Part shown: one piece after another, positions 8,783 through 17,213 of the stretch
Layout of the letters: each line of letters begins with the position of its first letter
Numbering within the stretch: position 1 is the stretch's first letter
Position numbers and translations under genes: made by a program
Source of the DNA: Candidatus Cloacimonadota bacterium
Lineage (GTDB): Bacteria; Cloacimonadota; Cloacimonadia; Cloacimonadales; Cloacimonadaceae
Assembly (NCBI GenBank): GCA_036584515.1
Contig: JAZHDE010000036.1
Coordinates: 1-32,656 of the forward strand
Direction: 5' to 3'
Length of the DNA: 32,656 nucleotides
The notes under the pieces: model-generated
What the model was told of the DNA's origin: nothing
The model's input: the letters and a program-made list of their open reading frames with translations, nothing else
Database searches by the model: none

Positions 8783-10585
8783 TTAGTATCTGAGGTTAAC
8801 GTTTAGATTCAAGCGCCAATCTAGCTCATCCAAGAGCTCTCCGATGGGGTTCAAGGAAAGTTCCAGACTGGAGTCATCATCAAAGCTGAAAGCTGCCAGA
8901 AACACTGCGCTGTATTCCTTCCAGGTTCCCCAACTGATGCGGGGCTGAATCAGGTAGTAAAAGGAGCCGATGTCCTGCCTCAGGCTAAGGCCGGCAGTGA
9001 ATCTTTCAGTGAGAGAATTTATGATGTATTGAGTCTCTTCCTGGTATCCATACTCGCTTCTTTCATAGAGCAGCAATCCATCCAGCAGGAAGGCGTTGTC
9101 GTCTCCTGAGCGGTATGGAAGCTCCAACCAACGGTTGTCACCGGAGCGGGCAATGAAGGGGAAACTGTCAAAGATCAGGTTGTAACGTGCTGTGAACTGA
9201 CGGTAGAGCTCATTGTTCTGATCCTCAATCTGGTACATGTAATCGGTGTAATCTACTCTGATCTGGTAGTTCTGTTTGAGAATGATGCTGTCACCAATCA
9301 ACAGGCTGATCTCGGGCAAGAAACTGAGGCTCTGTACTTTAGTATTGTTACCTGAAAGCAGACTGTCGATATAGACATCGTCTCTCAGACTCCACAATAA
9401 ACGATTGGATAAGCGTAATCTACTCTTGTAGTAGTGCTTCGAGCCCAACCTAAGACTGATGTTCCGCAGGTCGTTATCCAAGCGGTGATCGTCTTTGGGA
9501 TAGCTGGTTCTTTGCAGGTCGATGCTGCTACCAAAGCTGAGAGTATCCCCCGGAGAGTATTCCCAAAGCAGGTTTGATCCCAGATTACGTAGCTCGGTAT
9601 GGCGGTTGGAGTTTGAAAAGGAGAAGTCCTTGATGGCAAAATTGTGCCCCAGAATAGTTTGCCAGGATAGCTGAGGCAGGGGGCTGTAGTTTACTGCAAC
9701 AGAGGCTTGATTGATGAAGTCTGCGTTGTTCCTGCTTAGATTTTGTTCCAGCCTGGTTTTACGCTGACTGAAGTTGTTTCCGATGTTTAGCTCAACATCC
9801 TGGGTTGGGTAGATGTTTAGCCTGGTATCTGAGATTAGAGACCATCTTTTCTGCTTGTCGGTTTCTACGTAGCTGCTAGGTAATCCCGGGTCGTCGTTTT
9901 GCTCCAAGTTGTAGAGGATATCTCTTCGGCTATCAAGGCTGAACGAAGCAGCCAGCTCAGTTCCCCAGAGATCTTGATTTGCATAGGCATTCAAACCGTA
10001 GCTTTCATAGTGTTCCCAATCCAGATTGAGATAGTCCCCTCTTCCGCTCAGGCCGTAGAATCCTGTAGTGGAGTAATAGGAGAACGAGCTTTGTCCGGTT
10101 ATCTGCTGGCCTTCACCCTTCAGGTTGGTCTCGGGCAGGAATCTGTCTTGTTCGGTCTTGAGGAATGTCTTTGCATTGATACTGAGGAAAAGACTATCCA
10201 GGGGATTGAGTTGTAGCCCATAGCCCAAAAAGCCCATTCTGCTCTGATAAGCAGATAGAGCTGTTTCCAGATCGTTTTTATCATAGTGATAGTTGAAACC
10301 GCTTAGTAAGGAGTGCGTGAGGATTCCACGTTCATAACCTAAATCAAACTCCATATCTGCTAGACGGGTATTTTGATTAAAGTTCAGGCGGGTTTCATTC
10401 TGGGTGCTGCCTTCCAGCTTGATAGTAGTGTATTTTAGGGGACTGAGATTGTAACTAAGCCGATTCTCTATTATGCGGATGCTGCTGTTATTATAAAGAT
10501 ACAGGTCCAGAGCGCTGTTCTGAGCGCTAAGGCCTGTACATAATAGCAGAAAGAAGCTCGCAAAGATCGATAAATTCAGCTTCAC
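8783..10585 (-). CDS. Secreted, predicted outer-membrane beta-barrel-like protein, unknown family
   Basis: The long ORF is tracked to 10633 (TTG). A GTG at 10585 gives a canonical signal peptide, MKLNLSIFASFFLLLCTGLSAQ. Asn/Ser/Tyr/Leu-rich alternating pattern with a C-terminal ...NVNLRY. Either start overlaps the rsmA 3' end. Confidence 0.6.
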   Translation of the reverse strand: MKLNLSIFASFFLLLCTGLSAQNSALDLYLYNNSSIRIIENRLSYNLSPLKYTTIKLEGSTQNETRLNFNQNTRLADMEFDLGYERGILTHSLLSGFNYHYDKNDLETALSAYQSRMGFLGYGLQLNPLDSLFLSINAKTFLKTEQDRFLPETNLKGEGQQITGQSSFSYYSTTGFYGLSGRGDYLNLDWEHYESYGLNAYANQDLWGTELAASFSLDSRRDILYNLEQNDDPGLPSSYVETDKQKRWSLISDTRLNIYPTQDVELNIGNNFSQRKTRLEQNLSRNNADFINQASVAVNYSPLPQLSWQTILGHNFAIKDFSFSNSNRHTELRNLGSNLLWEYSPGDTLSFGSSIDLQRTSYPKDDHRLDNDLRNISLRLGSKHYYKSRLRLSNRLLWSLRDDVYIDSLLSGNNTKVQSLSFLPEISLLIGDSIILKQNYQIRVDYTDYMYQIEDQNNELYRQFTARYNLIFDSFPFIARSGDNRWLELPYRSGDDNAFLLDGLLLYERSEYGYQEETQYIINSLTERFTAGLSLRQDIGSFYYLIQPRISWGTWKEYSAVFLAAFSFDDDSSLELSLNPIGELLDELDWRLNLNVNLRY

Positions 10586-11321
10586 TAAAGCTTTCTCCCC
10601 GGCGGGAAAGATCGTACTTGCTGTGCTTATCAAGTGCTGCCAAGTCCTGTTTGCTCAGCATTCGAATCAGATTGTTCCTCAGTGTCTTACGTCTGTGCAT
10701 GAAAGCATGATGGATCAATTGGTAAAAGAGCTCAGGATGGGATAGATGCGGTCGATTCTGCCTGGGCTTGAGCACAATTACTGCAGAATCCACATTGGGA
10801 GAGGGTTCAAAGTACTCTCTTCCCACCATCAGACCAATACTGATATCAAAGACAATCCCGAGTCTGATAGTCATGAGACCGTATTCTTTGGTGCCTGCCT
10901 TAGCAGTTAACCTTTCTGCCACTTCCTTCTGCACCATCAGAGCAATAAGCTCAAATCTGCCAGCATGTTCTTCCAATCTTGAAAGCAGGGGAGAGGTGAT
11001 CTGATAGGGGATATTTGAGATCAGTTTGATTGTCTCGGGACAGTTCACTAGCTGTTCATTCCAGTTCAAACGCAGAATGTCTGCCCTAATCAGCTCCAAG
11101 CTGTCTCCAAATCTCTTTCTCAGTGGCTCTTCCAAACGGCGATCCAGTTCATAGGCAGTAAGCTTGACTCCATAATCCAGAAGAGCTTGAGTGAGGATTC
11201 CCTTTCCCGGCCCAATCTCCCAGACTGTCTCACCGGGGCAGAGTTCCCCCAGAGCGGCTATCTGAGATGCTATTGTAGTATCAGTCAGAAAGTTCTGACC
11301 CAGTTCTTTAAGTGCTTTCAT
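10527..11321 (-). CDS. rsmA: 16S rRNA (adenine1518/1519-N6)-dimethyltransferase
   Basis: SAM-binding VWEIGPGKGILT, NIPYQITSPL motif, 264 aa. Confidence 0.92.
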   Translation of the reverse strand: MKALKELGQNFLTDTTIASQIAALGELCPGETVWEIGPGKGILTQALLDYGVKLTAYELDRRLEEPLRKRFGDSLELIRADILRLNWNEQLVNCPETIKLISNIPYQITSPLLSRLEEHAGRFELIALMVQKEVAERLTAKAGTKEYGLMTIRLGIVFDISIGLMVGREYFEPSPNVDSAVIVLKPRQNRPHLSHPELFYQLIHHAFMHRRKTLRNNLIRMLSKQDLAALDKHSKYDLSRRGESFSEAEFIDLCELLSAIMYRP

Positions 11322-11330
11322 TTAGTTAGA

Positions 11331-11385
11331 ATAAAAAAAGATCCGGGATTATCTTGGCTATACAAAGCGTTACTGATCCCAGATC
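11331..11385 (-). terminator. Intrinsic terminator downstream of the 58-aa ORF
   Basis: Minus-strand GATCTGGGAT ... ATCCCGGATC (10 bp, one G-U that pairs only on the minus strand), followed by TTTTTTTAT. The loop is long (26 nt). Confidence 0.5.
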
Positions 11386-11395
11386 TAGTATATTG

Positions 11396-11572
11396 TTAGG
11401 CGCTTAATCTACTGGCTGCAGTTTTCTTGCAGACTTTGCAGACCTTAACGGTCTTATCGGCCACTTTGACTTCGTGCAACAGCTTAACGCCGGTACGTTT
11501 GCAAACGGGGCACTCGCCTCTACCATGGTTTGGCAAGGTGTTCAAGCCTTTTCCGCGATGGTTCTTTGCCAT
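11396..11572 (-). CDS. Small basic CxxC...CxxC zinc-ribbon protein (58 aa), absent from the ORF track
   Basis: ATG preceded by AAGGAG at a 6-nt spacing. Translation: MAKNHRGKGLNTLPNHGRGECPVCKRTGVKLLHEVKVADKTVKVCKVCKKTAASRLSA. A terminator follows. Confidence 0.6.
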   Translation of the reverse strand: MAKNHRGKGLNTLPNHGRGECPVCKRTGVKLLHEVKVADKTVKVCKVCKKTAASRLSA

Positions 11573-11712
11573 TTCTATCTCCTTAGAATATAATCTTCTT
11601 GCTAATTGAACCAGATTTTGAGCTATAGTGATTCAGTCAATACATATTTTCTCGGGAGACTTCGCAAAGCTACCAGGGATTGATCTCTCAAGCTTCCACA
11701 ATCCGAAAAGGC

Positions 11713-11741
11713 TTGACGAAAAAGAGCCTCCATTTTTCATG
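11713..11741 (+). promoter_or_regulatory. Promoter-like TTGACG-N7-GCCTCC-ATTTTT upstream of the tRNA-Pro/tRNA-Val pair
   Basis: TTGACG 11713-11718 and GCCTCC 11726-11731, followed by an A/T-rich tract, about 10 nt before the tRNA 5' end. The -10 assignment is ambiguous. Confidence 0.35.
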
Positions 11742-11750
11742 GCGAAACTG

Positions 11751-11828
<78 letters not shown>

Positions 11829-11844
11829 GTAAATAAAAGACAGT

Positions 11845-11920
11845 GGGTGATTAGCTCAGCTGGAAGAGCTCTTGCTTTACACGCAAGAGGTCGGGGGTTC
11901 AAGTCCCTCATCACCCACCA
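11845..11920 (+). tRNA. tRNA-Val (anticodon UAC), CCA encoded
   Basis: Acceptor GGGTGAT/ATCACCC, anticodon stem CTTGC/GCAAG with loop TTTACAC, T arm GGGGG-TTCAAGT-CCCTC. Confidence 0.95.
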
Positions 11921-11949
11921 TCCCCTTAAATAGATCGAGGCGGTGGTCA

Positions 11950-12918
11950 ATGAAGATAGCAATCACCGGAGCTAACGGCTTTGTGGGTTCCGGCCTCATA
12001 AGACAGTTCCAATCCTCAGGTCATCAAGTGACCGCGGTTATTCGTAAAAATTCGGATACTTCAATAATCCCTGATTGCAAGATGATCAGGCTGGATTACA
12101 ATAATAGTAAAGAACTCCTTGAAGCTTTGGCGGATGTTGATGTGTTGATCCACAATGCCGGCATGACCAAAGCCTTGAACTATGCTCAGATCTACAGGGC
12201 AAACGTTCAACTCACCCGAGATATCCTCGGTGCCAGCCAATCAGCTCCAAGCCTCAAGCAATTTATCTTCATCTCATCTCAAGCAGCTTCACGTCCTTCC
12301 CATGGTAAAGAAACCATCAGTGAAGAAGACCCTTCAGCTCCAGTCACTTGGTATGGAAAAAGCAAGCTGAGAGCCGAGCGCGTAGTGAAGGAAACCAGTC
12401 CCGTTCCCTTCACGATCATTCGCCCCTGCTCAATCTACGGCCCCGGAGACAAGGATTTCCTGCAGCTTGCCAAACTCGCAGCCAAAGGACTCAACCTGAA
12501 ACTAGGCACCAGAACCCGTTATCTTAACATGATCCACGTAAATGAACTCGCCAACCTGCTGGAACTATGCTTGCTGAACGACAAAGCTTTCAATCAAACC
12601 TTCTTTGCCTCAGACGGCGAAGTTTACACGCAAGACACCATACCCTCTCTCATGGCAAAAGCATTGAAAGTTAAGAAGCTTGATCTGGTTGTTCCAGAAA
12701 GTTTGGCCGGGTTAGCTGCCTGGGGAGGAGAGCTTTGGGGGCAGATGAGTAGACGCCCGGTGGTTCTCAATCGCGAGAAGATCAAAGAATTCATGGCCGA
12801 AAGCTGGCTCTGCAGCATAGATAAAGCCCGCAATCTTCTGGGCTATAACCCCCAGCCAAACTTAGAAAAGTGCATCAAGGAGACCATTCAATGGTACAAA
12901 GAAGCATCCTGGCTCTAA
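11950..12918 (+). CDS. NAD-dependent epimerase/dehydratase family (SDR) protein
   Basis: Start moved to MKIAITGANGFVGSGL (Rossmann GxxGxxG), because the tracked TTG start lies inside tRNA-Val. Catalytic YGKSK motif present. Confidence 0.85.
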   Translation: MKIAITGANGFVGSGLIRQFQSSGHQVTAVIRKNSDTSIIPDCKMIRLDYNNSKELLEALADVDVLIHNAGMTKALNYAQIYRANVQLTRDILGASQSAPSLKQFIFISSQAASRPSHGKETISEEDPSAPVTWYGKSKLRAERVVKETSPVPFTIIRPCSIYGPGDKDFLQLAKLAAKGLNLKLGTRTRYLNMIHVNELANLLELCLLNDKAFNQTFFASDGEVYTQDTIPSLMAKALKVKKLDLVVPESLAGLAAWGGELWGQMSRRPVVLNREKIKEFMAESWLCSIDKARNLLGYNPQPNLEKCIKETIQWYKEASWL

Positions 12919-14648
12919 TCCTGATACTTCTATCATTCAGCTTATACGCTCAGACAGTTGAATCAGATAATGACAGCTTGTTCATCCCTGAAGACAGCGC
13001 AGAGCTCTCAAGCAACACACAAGATGCTGATAGCCTCAGTTATCTGGAGACTCTCGTTTCCCGATCCGAAGTAGAAGCTTGGGTGGAGCGCGACCGGGAT
13101 CTGCGGAGCTTGAATTCTCTTTTACTAAGTGCAGAGAATCCAGCTCTGACTTCTGTAGATATCTACCGCGCTGCTTATCACGCAGTTGGACTCAATAACC
13201 ATCAATTGGAGCTGAGCAGACACGGCTTTGCTCAGATGCCCTCCTTATGGTCCGATGCACTTCTGATCCAATACTACAACACCTTCTATGCTCAATCCAG
13301 CCGGGGCAGAACTCTGGAGTTTTCCGAGAACAGATATCCTTACAAGGTGATGGTATCGGATATCCAGGCAGGTTTGGGCGACTATGAATACAACTTTGCC
13401 AGAGCCGGATTCAAGAAAGATGAACTCCTGGGTTTCCCGGGCTTGTACTACAGTCTGGATCTTCTGGTACAGACCGGCGTGTGGACAGGTCTTGATCACG
13501 ACCAAAGTTCTCTACGGAACTACCTAAGCTGGGATTATAAGAAGCTGAAACTGGAGCTGGAATTGGCAGATTGGGCTCAGGACAACAGCTCTCAGGATCT
13601 GCTCCCAGCCTACTGGCAAGCCAATAATGTATCAATAGATCACCGTCTAAGGCAATTCTATGCTGCGATTCATAGCCCAATACTGGAATTCAGCATCATA
13701 AAGGTTTCAGAAAAAGCAAAAGCCGGAAGCTTGGATCAAAGCAATGATATCCTGCAGTGGAGATTGTTCAAAGATCACCACAATGGCCCTCATACGATCA
13801 GTCTTTACCACGAGCGCTATGATATGGATTTGGATTTCACTCCTCAGGCCAACACAGGTGAAGTAGATTACGAGTACAAGACGGGTATCAATTACTCCTA
13901 TGAAGGCAGACGCTTCGAAGGGTATGGACGATTTGATACATTTTTCAGTGGCAATCCGCTATTGGAAGGAAGGCTGGCTTGGAAGTCTAACTGGCTGAAA
14001 CTGGGTGCTTACGGTTTTATGTGTACTCAAAACACCCCTCAGACCATGCTCAAAGACATCTTCAATCCCGGTCTATGGCTGGATTCAGGACATCAGGTAA
14101 TCAAGACAAACTATGCGGCAAACTTGACACTTGAGCCCTCAACTAATCTTAAGCTACTAGTTCTGAGCGGAATGAAGAGCATTCAAAAGGGTGGTAGCTA
14201 CAATGGTGGAGTCTATCGTAAAACTCAAAGCTTTCCCTATGTGGATACGTCTTTGGATTGGACTCATGATCTGGGATTCGCAAATCTGACCCTGAGGCAG
14301 AATCTAAGCTGGCAAAACTGCCCGGAAGCCACACTAGCTTATCAGCAGATCACAGAAGTCCCGGATCTCAGATATCAGACACATCTTGAACTAAAGAGAG
14401 AGCTCTCAAAGAATAACGCCATTTTGGGCGGACTGGCGGTCTATGGTCATAGCGATTACTATCTTTCCATAATGCCTCCGGTCAAGATCGGTGCTTCAGC
14501 AATTCTGGATCTCTGGGCGGGAGTTCAGATCAGCAAGCTCTTTGACTTCACCGTTAGTTTTAAAAATGCTCTGGATACAGATATCTACGGCGCTTATCCC
14601 ATTCCCCAATCCATTCACGCCAATCTGCATTGGTATTACCTGAACTAA
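12891..14648 (+). CDS. Secreted, predicted outer-membrane beta-barrel-like protein, unknown family
   Basis: ATG at 12891 preceded by AAGGAG. Signal peptide MVQRSILALILILLSFSLYAQ. Tyr/Asn/Leu/Ser-rich. Overlaps the epimerase stop by 28 nt. Confidence 0.6.
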   Translation: MVQRSILALILILLSFSLYAQTVESDNDSLFIPEDSAELSSNTQDADSLSYLETLVSRSEVEAWVERDRDLRSLNSLLLSAENPALTSVDIYRAAYHAVGLNNHQLELSRHGFAQMPSLWSDALLIQYYNTFYAQSSRGRTLEFSENRYPYKVMVSDIQAGLGDYEYNFARAGFKKDELLGFPGLYYSLDLLVQTGVWTGLDHDQSSLRNYLSWDYKKLKLELELADWAQDNSSQDLLPAYWQANNVSIDHRLRQFYAAIHSPILEFSIIKVSEKAKAGSLDQSNDILQWRLFKDHHNGPHTISLYHERYDMDLDFTPQANTGEVDYEYKTGINYSYEGRRFEGYGRFDTFFSGNPLLEGRLAWKSNWLKLGAYGFMCTQNTPQTMLKDIFNPGLWLDSGHQVIKTNYAANLTLEPSTNLKLLVLSGMKSIQKGGSYNGGVYRKTQSFPYVDTSLDWTHDLGFANLTLRQNLSWQNCPEATLAYQQITEVPDLRYQTHLELKRELSKNNAILGGLAVYGHSDYYLSIMPPVKIGASAILDLWAGVQISKLFDFTVSFKNALDTDIYGAYPIPQSIHANLHWYYLN

Positions 14649-14654
14649 TAAAGT

Positions 14655-15086
14655 ATGATGGAAGAAGAAAGAACGGAAGTCTCTACCGGAAAGCGCTATA
14701 AGCCAGTCTTTATTGCTCTGGGACTATTGATCCTGCTTATCCTGATCGTACCCAATATAAAAAAGCAAGTTGATTTGGAACAAGTGGTTAAAGAGCGCTA
14801 TGGGGTTACTTTGAGTAGCCCGGAGTGGCATGGATTGGACTATGTGATCGAATTGATTCAGATAGTAGAAGTCCGGGAGGGAAGTTGTGCCGAGCGGATG
14901 GGTTTCATGCAGGGAGACCTTATCTTTGCGCCATATGCCAATGATTTGCCAGCCTTTCTGGCTTACCTGAATCAGGAAGAAGGTACAGCACTGAGAGTCA
15001 GCATCGTTCGGGAAGCAGACTTCATGCCCGGAAAAGACTTCAGAGATACCAACCAAGCTTTACCGCTAGTCTTCAGTGCTCCCTGA
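14655..15086 (+). CDS. Small membrane-anchored protein with a possible PDZ-like fold
   Basis: 143 aa. N-terminal TM segment (PVFIALGLLILLILIV). EGSCAERMGFMQGDLI resembles a PDZ carboxylate-binding region, but this is weak. Confidence 0.5.
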   Translation: MMEEERTEVSTGKRYKPVFIALGLLILLILIVPNIKKQVDLEQVVKERYGVTLSSPEWHGLDYVIELIQIVEVREGSCAERMGFMQGDLIFAPYANDLPAFLAYLNQEEGTALRVSIVREADFMPGKDFRDTNQALPLVFSAP

Positions 15087-15142
15087 TCCACGTCGCTTCT
15101 TTCGGCAAACAATCCCCTCTTCAAACATGGTCCTTCCCAATC

Positions 15143-15259
15143 CCTCACCAAGAGGATTCTTTAGCTATTCATTAACGATTCTTTAGCGATTCATTAGCGA
15201 AAGCTAAGGAAACGATAATCCTGCAATTAGTTAGAGCAATGCCATCATATCTGGGAGAA
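15143..15259 (+). repeat. Dispersed intergenic element, copy B (closest to consensus)
   Basis: Cores at 15161, 15172, 15183 and 15194 (TTAGCTA, TTAACGA, TTAGCGA, TTAGCGA). Hairpin TTAGC-GAAA-GCTAA 15194-15207, AAGGAAAC 15206-15213, TGGGAG 15252-15257. Confidence 0.9.
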
Positions 15260-15350
15260 ACAAGTAACCCCTCGAACTCACACTAGCTCAATCTGGATCA
15301 ACAATTCTAAGCAAGTAGTCAAGATAACATTGAAATAATTAAGATAGAGC

Positions 15351-15378
15351 TTGACATAATTAAGGTGCCTCCTATTTT
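15351..15378 (+). promoter_or_regulatory. Sigma70-like promoter of the DUF2089/DUF4097 operon
   Basis: TTGACA (15351-15356), 16-nt spacer ending in GCCTCC, then TATTTT (15373-15378). Confidence 0.5.
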
Positions 15379-15390
15379 GTCTTCAGATTA

Positions 15391-15402
15391 TCCGATATCG
15401 GA
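15391..15402. promoter_or_regulatory. Perfect 12-bp palindrome TCCGATATCGGA, candidate operator
   Basis: Self-complementary 12-mer, 13 nt downstream of the putative -10 and upstream of the DUF2089 start codon. Confidence 0.4.
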
Positions 15403-15427
15403 ATCAATATAAATGAGGATATGGCTT

Positions 15428-15787
15428 ATGAAACTGAATAGCTGTCCTATCTGCCACGGTCAATTGACTATCAGGCAGTATCACTGTGAGAACTGCGATC
15501 TATCGCTAGAGGGTCAATTCGAAAGCTCCTGGCTGGAAGCTTTGGATAGTGAGCAGCTCGAATTCGTTCGTCTATTTACTATGGTTCAGGGCAACATCAA
15601 GGAGATGGAAAAGCGCCTGAGCATCTCGTATCCAACTGTTAAGAACCGACTGGCAGATATAATCAATAAGATTAAAGGTTCAGAGCCTGTCGTAACCGAC
15701 TTCAATGATATCATGAATGACCTCGAGGAGGGGTTCATCTCGGTCGATGAAGCCATTAATATGATTGAAAAAAGGAGAACAAAATGA
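15428..15787 (+). CDS. DUF2089-type zinc-ribbon plus HTH protein
   Basis: CPICHGQL...CENC zinc ribbon. HTH-like SISYPTVKNRLADIINKI. The ATG at 15428 has GAGGA 8 nt upstream. The tracked ATG at 15413 has no SD but remains possible. Confidence 0.7.
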   Translation: MKLNSCPICHGQLTIRQYHCENCDLSLEGQFESSWLEALDSEQLEFVRLFTMVQGNIKEMEKRLSISYPTVKNRLADIINKIKGSEPVVTDFNDIMNDLEEGFISVDEAINMIEKRRTK

Positions 15788-17211
15788 AGACAGCATACTA
15801 CGAAAAGTCCCAAAGCTTTGAAGGTGCGGTCAGTTTGACCGTGGTGAACAACATGGCTCCGGTGCATCTTTCACCCTCGCAGACCGGGGAATTGGTACTT
15901 GTGGCAAACTACGGTCTGGCATCTAATGATGAAGAGCCGGATTTTACAGATTTCTACACTCTGAAGTATGAGAATGGAAAGATTATACTTGAACTGGAGG
16001 AATTGGACTACTCTTTGTTTGCCAATCGCAACACTCAGATCAAGCTCGAGATTTTGATCCCCCAAGTGGAGAATCTCTACCTCGAGGGTGAGAATCACCC
16101 ATATTCCATTTCTGGGATTGATGCGGATATTGATCTGAAAATGGAGAACGGTCCCAGTATCTTCTCAAACTGCACTGGAAACATGGTGCTGGAGAGTGAA
16201 AATGGTCCGATCAAGATTCACAACCACAAGGGAAACGTGAATGTGAGCATGGAGAATGGTCCCCTCTCTACAGACGGTCTGAGCGGGGATAGCTTGAAGG
16301 TAACCAGCGAGAATGGTGCTATCAAGATGCGTTCCTGCTCCTATCCCAACGTGAGGATCGATAACGAGAATGGCGTTATCTTCTATGAGACTCTACCTGT
16401 GGAAAATGGGGATTTGTCTTTCCAATCCGAGAACGGTGTGATCAGCTTGGTGCTGCCCAATCTATGGGGCTTTGAGCTTAGGGCAGAGACTGAGATGGGT
16501 ATCATCAAGAACAAACTGGGCCTTGCGCCGGAAAGAGACGAAGAGGTAACCATCTTCAGAAGTGGAGAAATGGATTCAAAAATTAGTGTAAAGACTGAAA
16601 ACGGGATGATCAAGCTCTCCTATGACGAGCACCTAAATCTGGATTTCCTGAGAGGAAAGCTGGATCAGCTCAGGGAAGCTGTGAAGAATCTGGGAAGTCC
16701 TGAAGATAAAGAGAAAGTGAAAAAACTGGTGGAAAACCTCAGTGCTTATCTGAATAAAGGGATCGGAGCGATTCAGGAAGATAAGATCAGGGAAGCCATC
16801 CGGGAAGCGCTTACCAAACTGAAGGAAATCAGTGATAACTTCGATATGGATGAGACCCGGGATAAGGTCTCCGCTACGGTTGAAAAGCTGGCAACAGAAC
16901 TCCAGGATACTTTCAAGGAATTCGTGCACAAGTTCAAATCTGAAGACTATGTGAAGCAATTCAAAGAAGGGTTCAAAGATCCTGGGAAGCATCACTTTGC
17001 CTTCCATTTCGACAGCGACATGGGCGATAAGATCTCGGAAAAGGTGCTTAAGACTATCAAGAAAGTAGCCCCGGGTGTCTTTGAGATGAAAACAGCCGAA
17101 AAGGAACAGGTTGCCGAACAAAGTCGTCTTAAGATTCTGCAAATGCTGGAAAGCGGGAAGATTACTGCTGAGGATGCCGAGCGTCTTCTGAAGGCCATTT
17201 CCAAAGAATAG
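15784..17211 (+). CDS. DUF4097-like (repeated ENGxI beta-solenoid) protein with a coiled-coil region and a SHOCT-like C-terminal tail
   Basis: ATGA overlap with the upstream gene. At least nine ENG(P/A/V/M)I-type repeats. Charged helical region. C-terminal KILQMLESGKITAEDAERLLKAI. Confidence 0.7.
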   Translation: MKTAYYEKSQSFEGAVSLTVVNNMAPVHLSPSQTGELVLVANYGLASNDEEPDFTDFYTLKYENGKIILELEELDYSLFANRNTQIKLEILIPQVENLYLEGENHPYSISGIDADIDLKMENGPSIFSNCTGNMVLESENGPIKIHNHKGNVNVSMENGPLSTDGLSGDSLKVTSENGAIKMRSCSYPNVRIDNENGVIFYETLPVENGDLSFQSENGVISLVLPNLWGFELRAETEMGIIKNKLGLAPERDEEVTIFRSGEMDSKISVKTENGMIKLSYDEHLNLDFLRGKLDQLREAVKNLGSPEDKEKVKKLVENLSAYLNKGIGAIQEDKIREAIREALTKLKEISDNFDMDETRDKVSATVEKLATELQDTFKEFVHKFKSEDYVKQFKEGFKDPGKHHFAFHFDSDMGDKISEKVLKTIKKVAPGVFEMKTAEKEQVAEQSRLKILQMLESGKITAEDAERLLKAISKE

Positions 17212-17213
17212 TC

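Noticed and set aside
11872-11949. N-terminal extensions of tracked ORFs, e.g. epimerase from 11872, OFOR beta from 7184, ferredoxin from 5518 and the 592-aa protein from 12870
   Set aside because: The extensions overlap tRNA-Val or the upstream CDS and use TTG/GTG. Internal ATG starts give canonical N-termini (Rossmann motif, signal peptides) and stop/start overlaps typical of operons.
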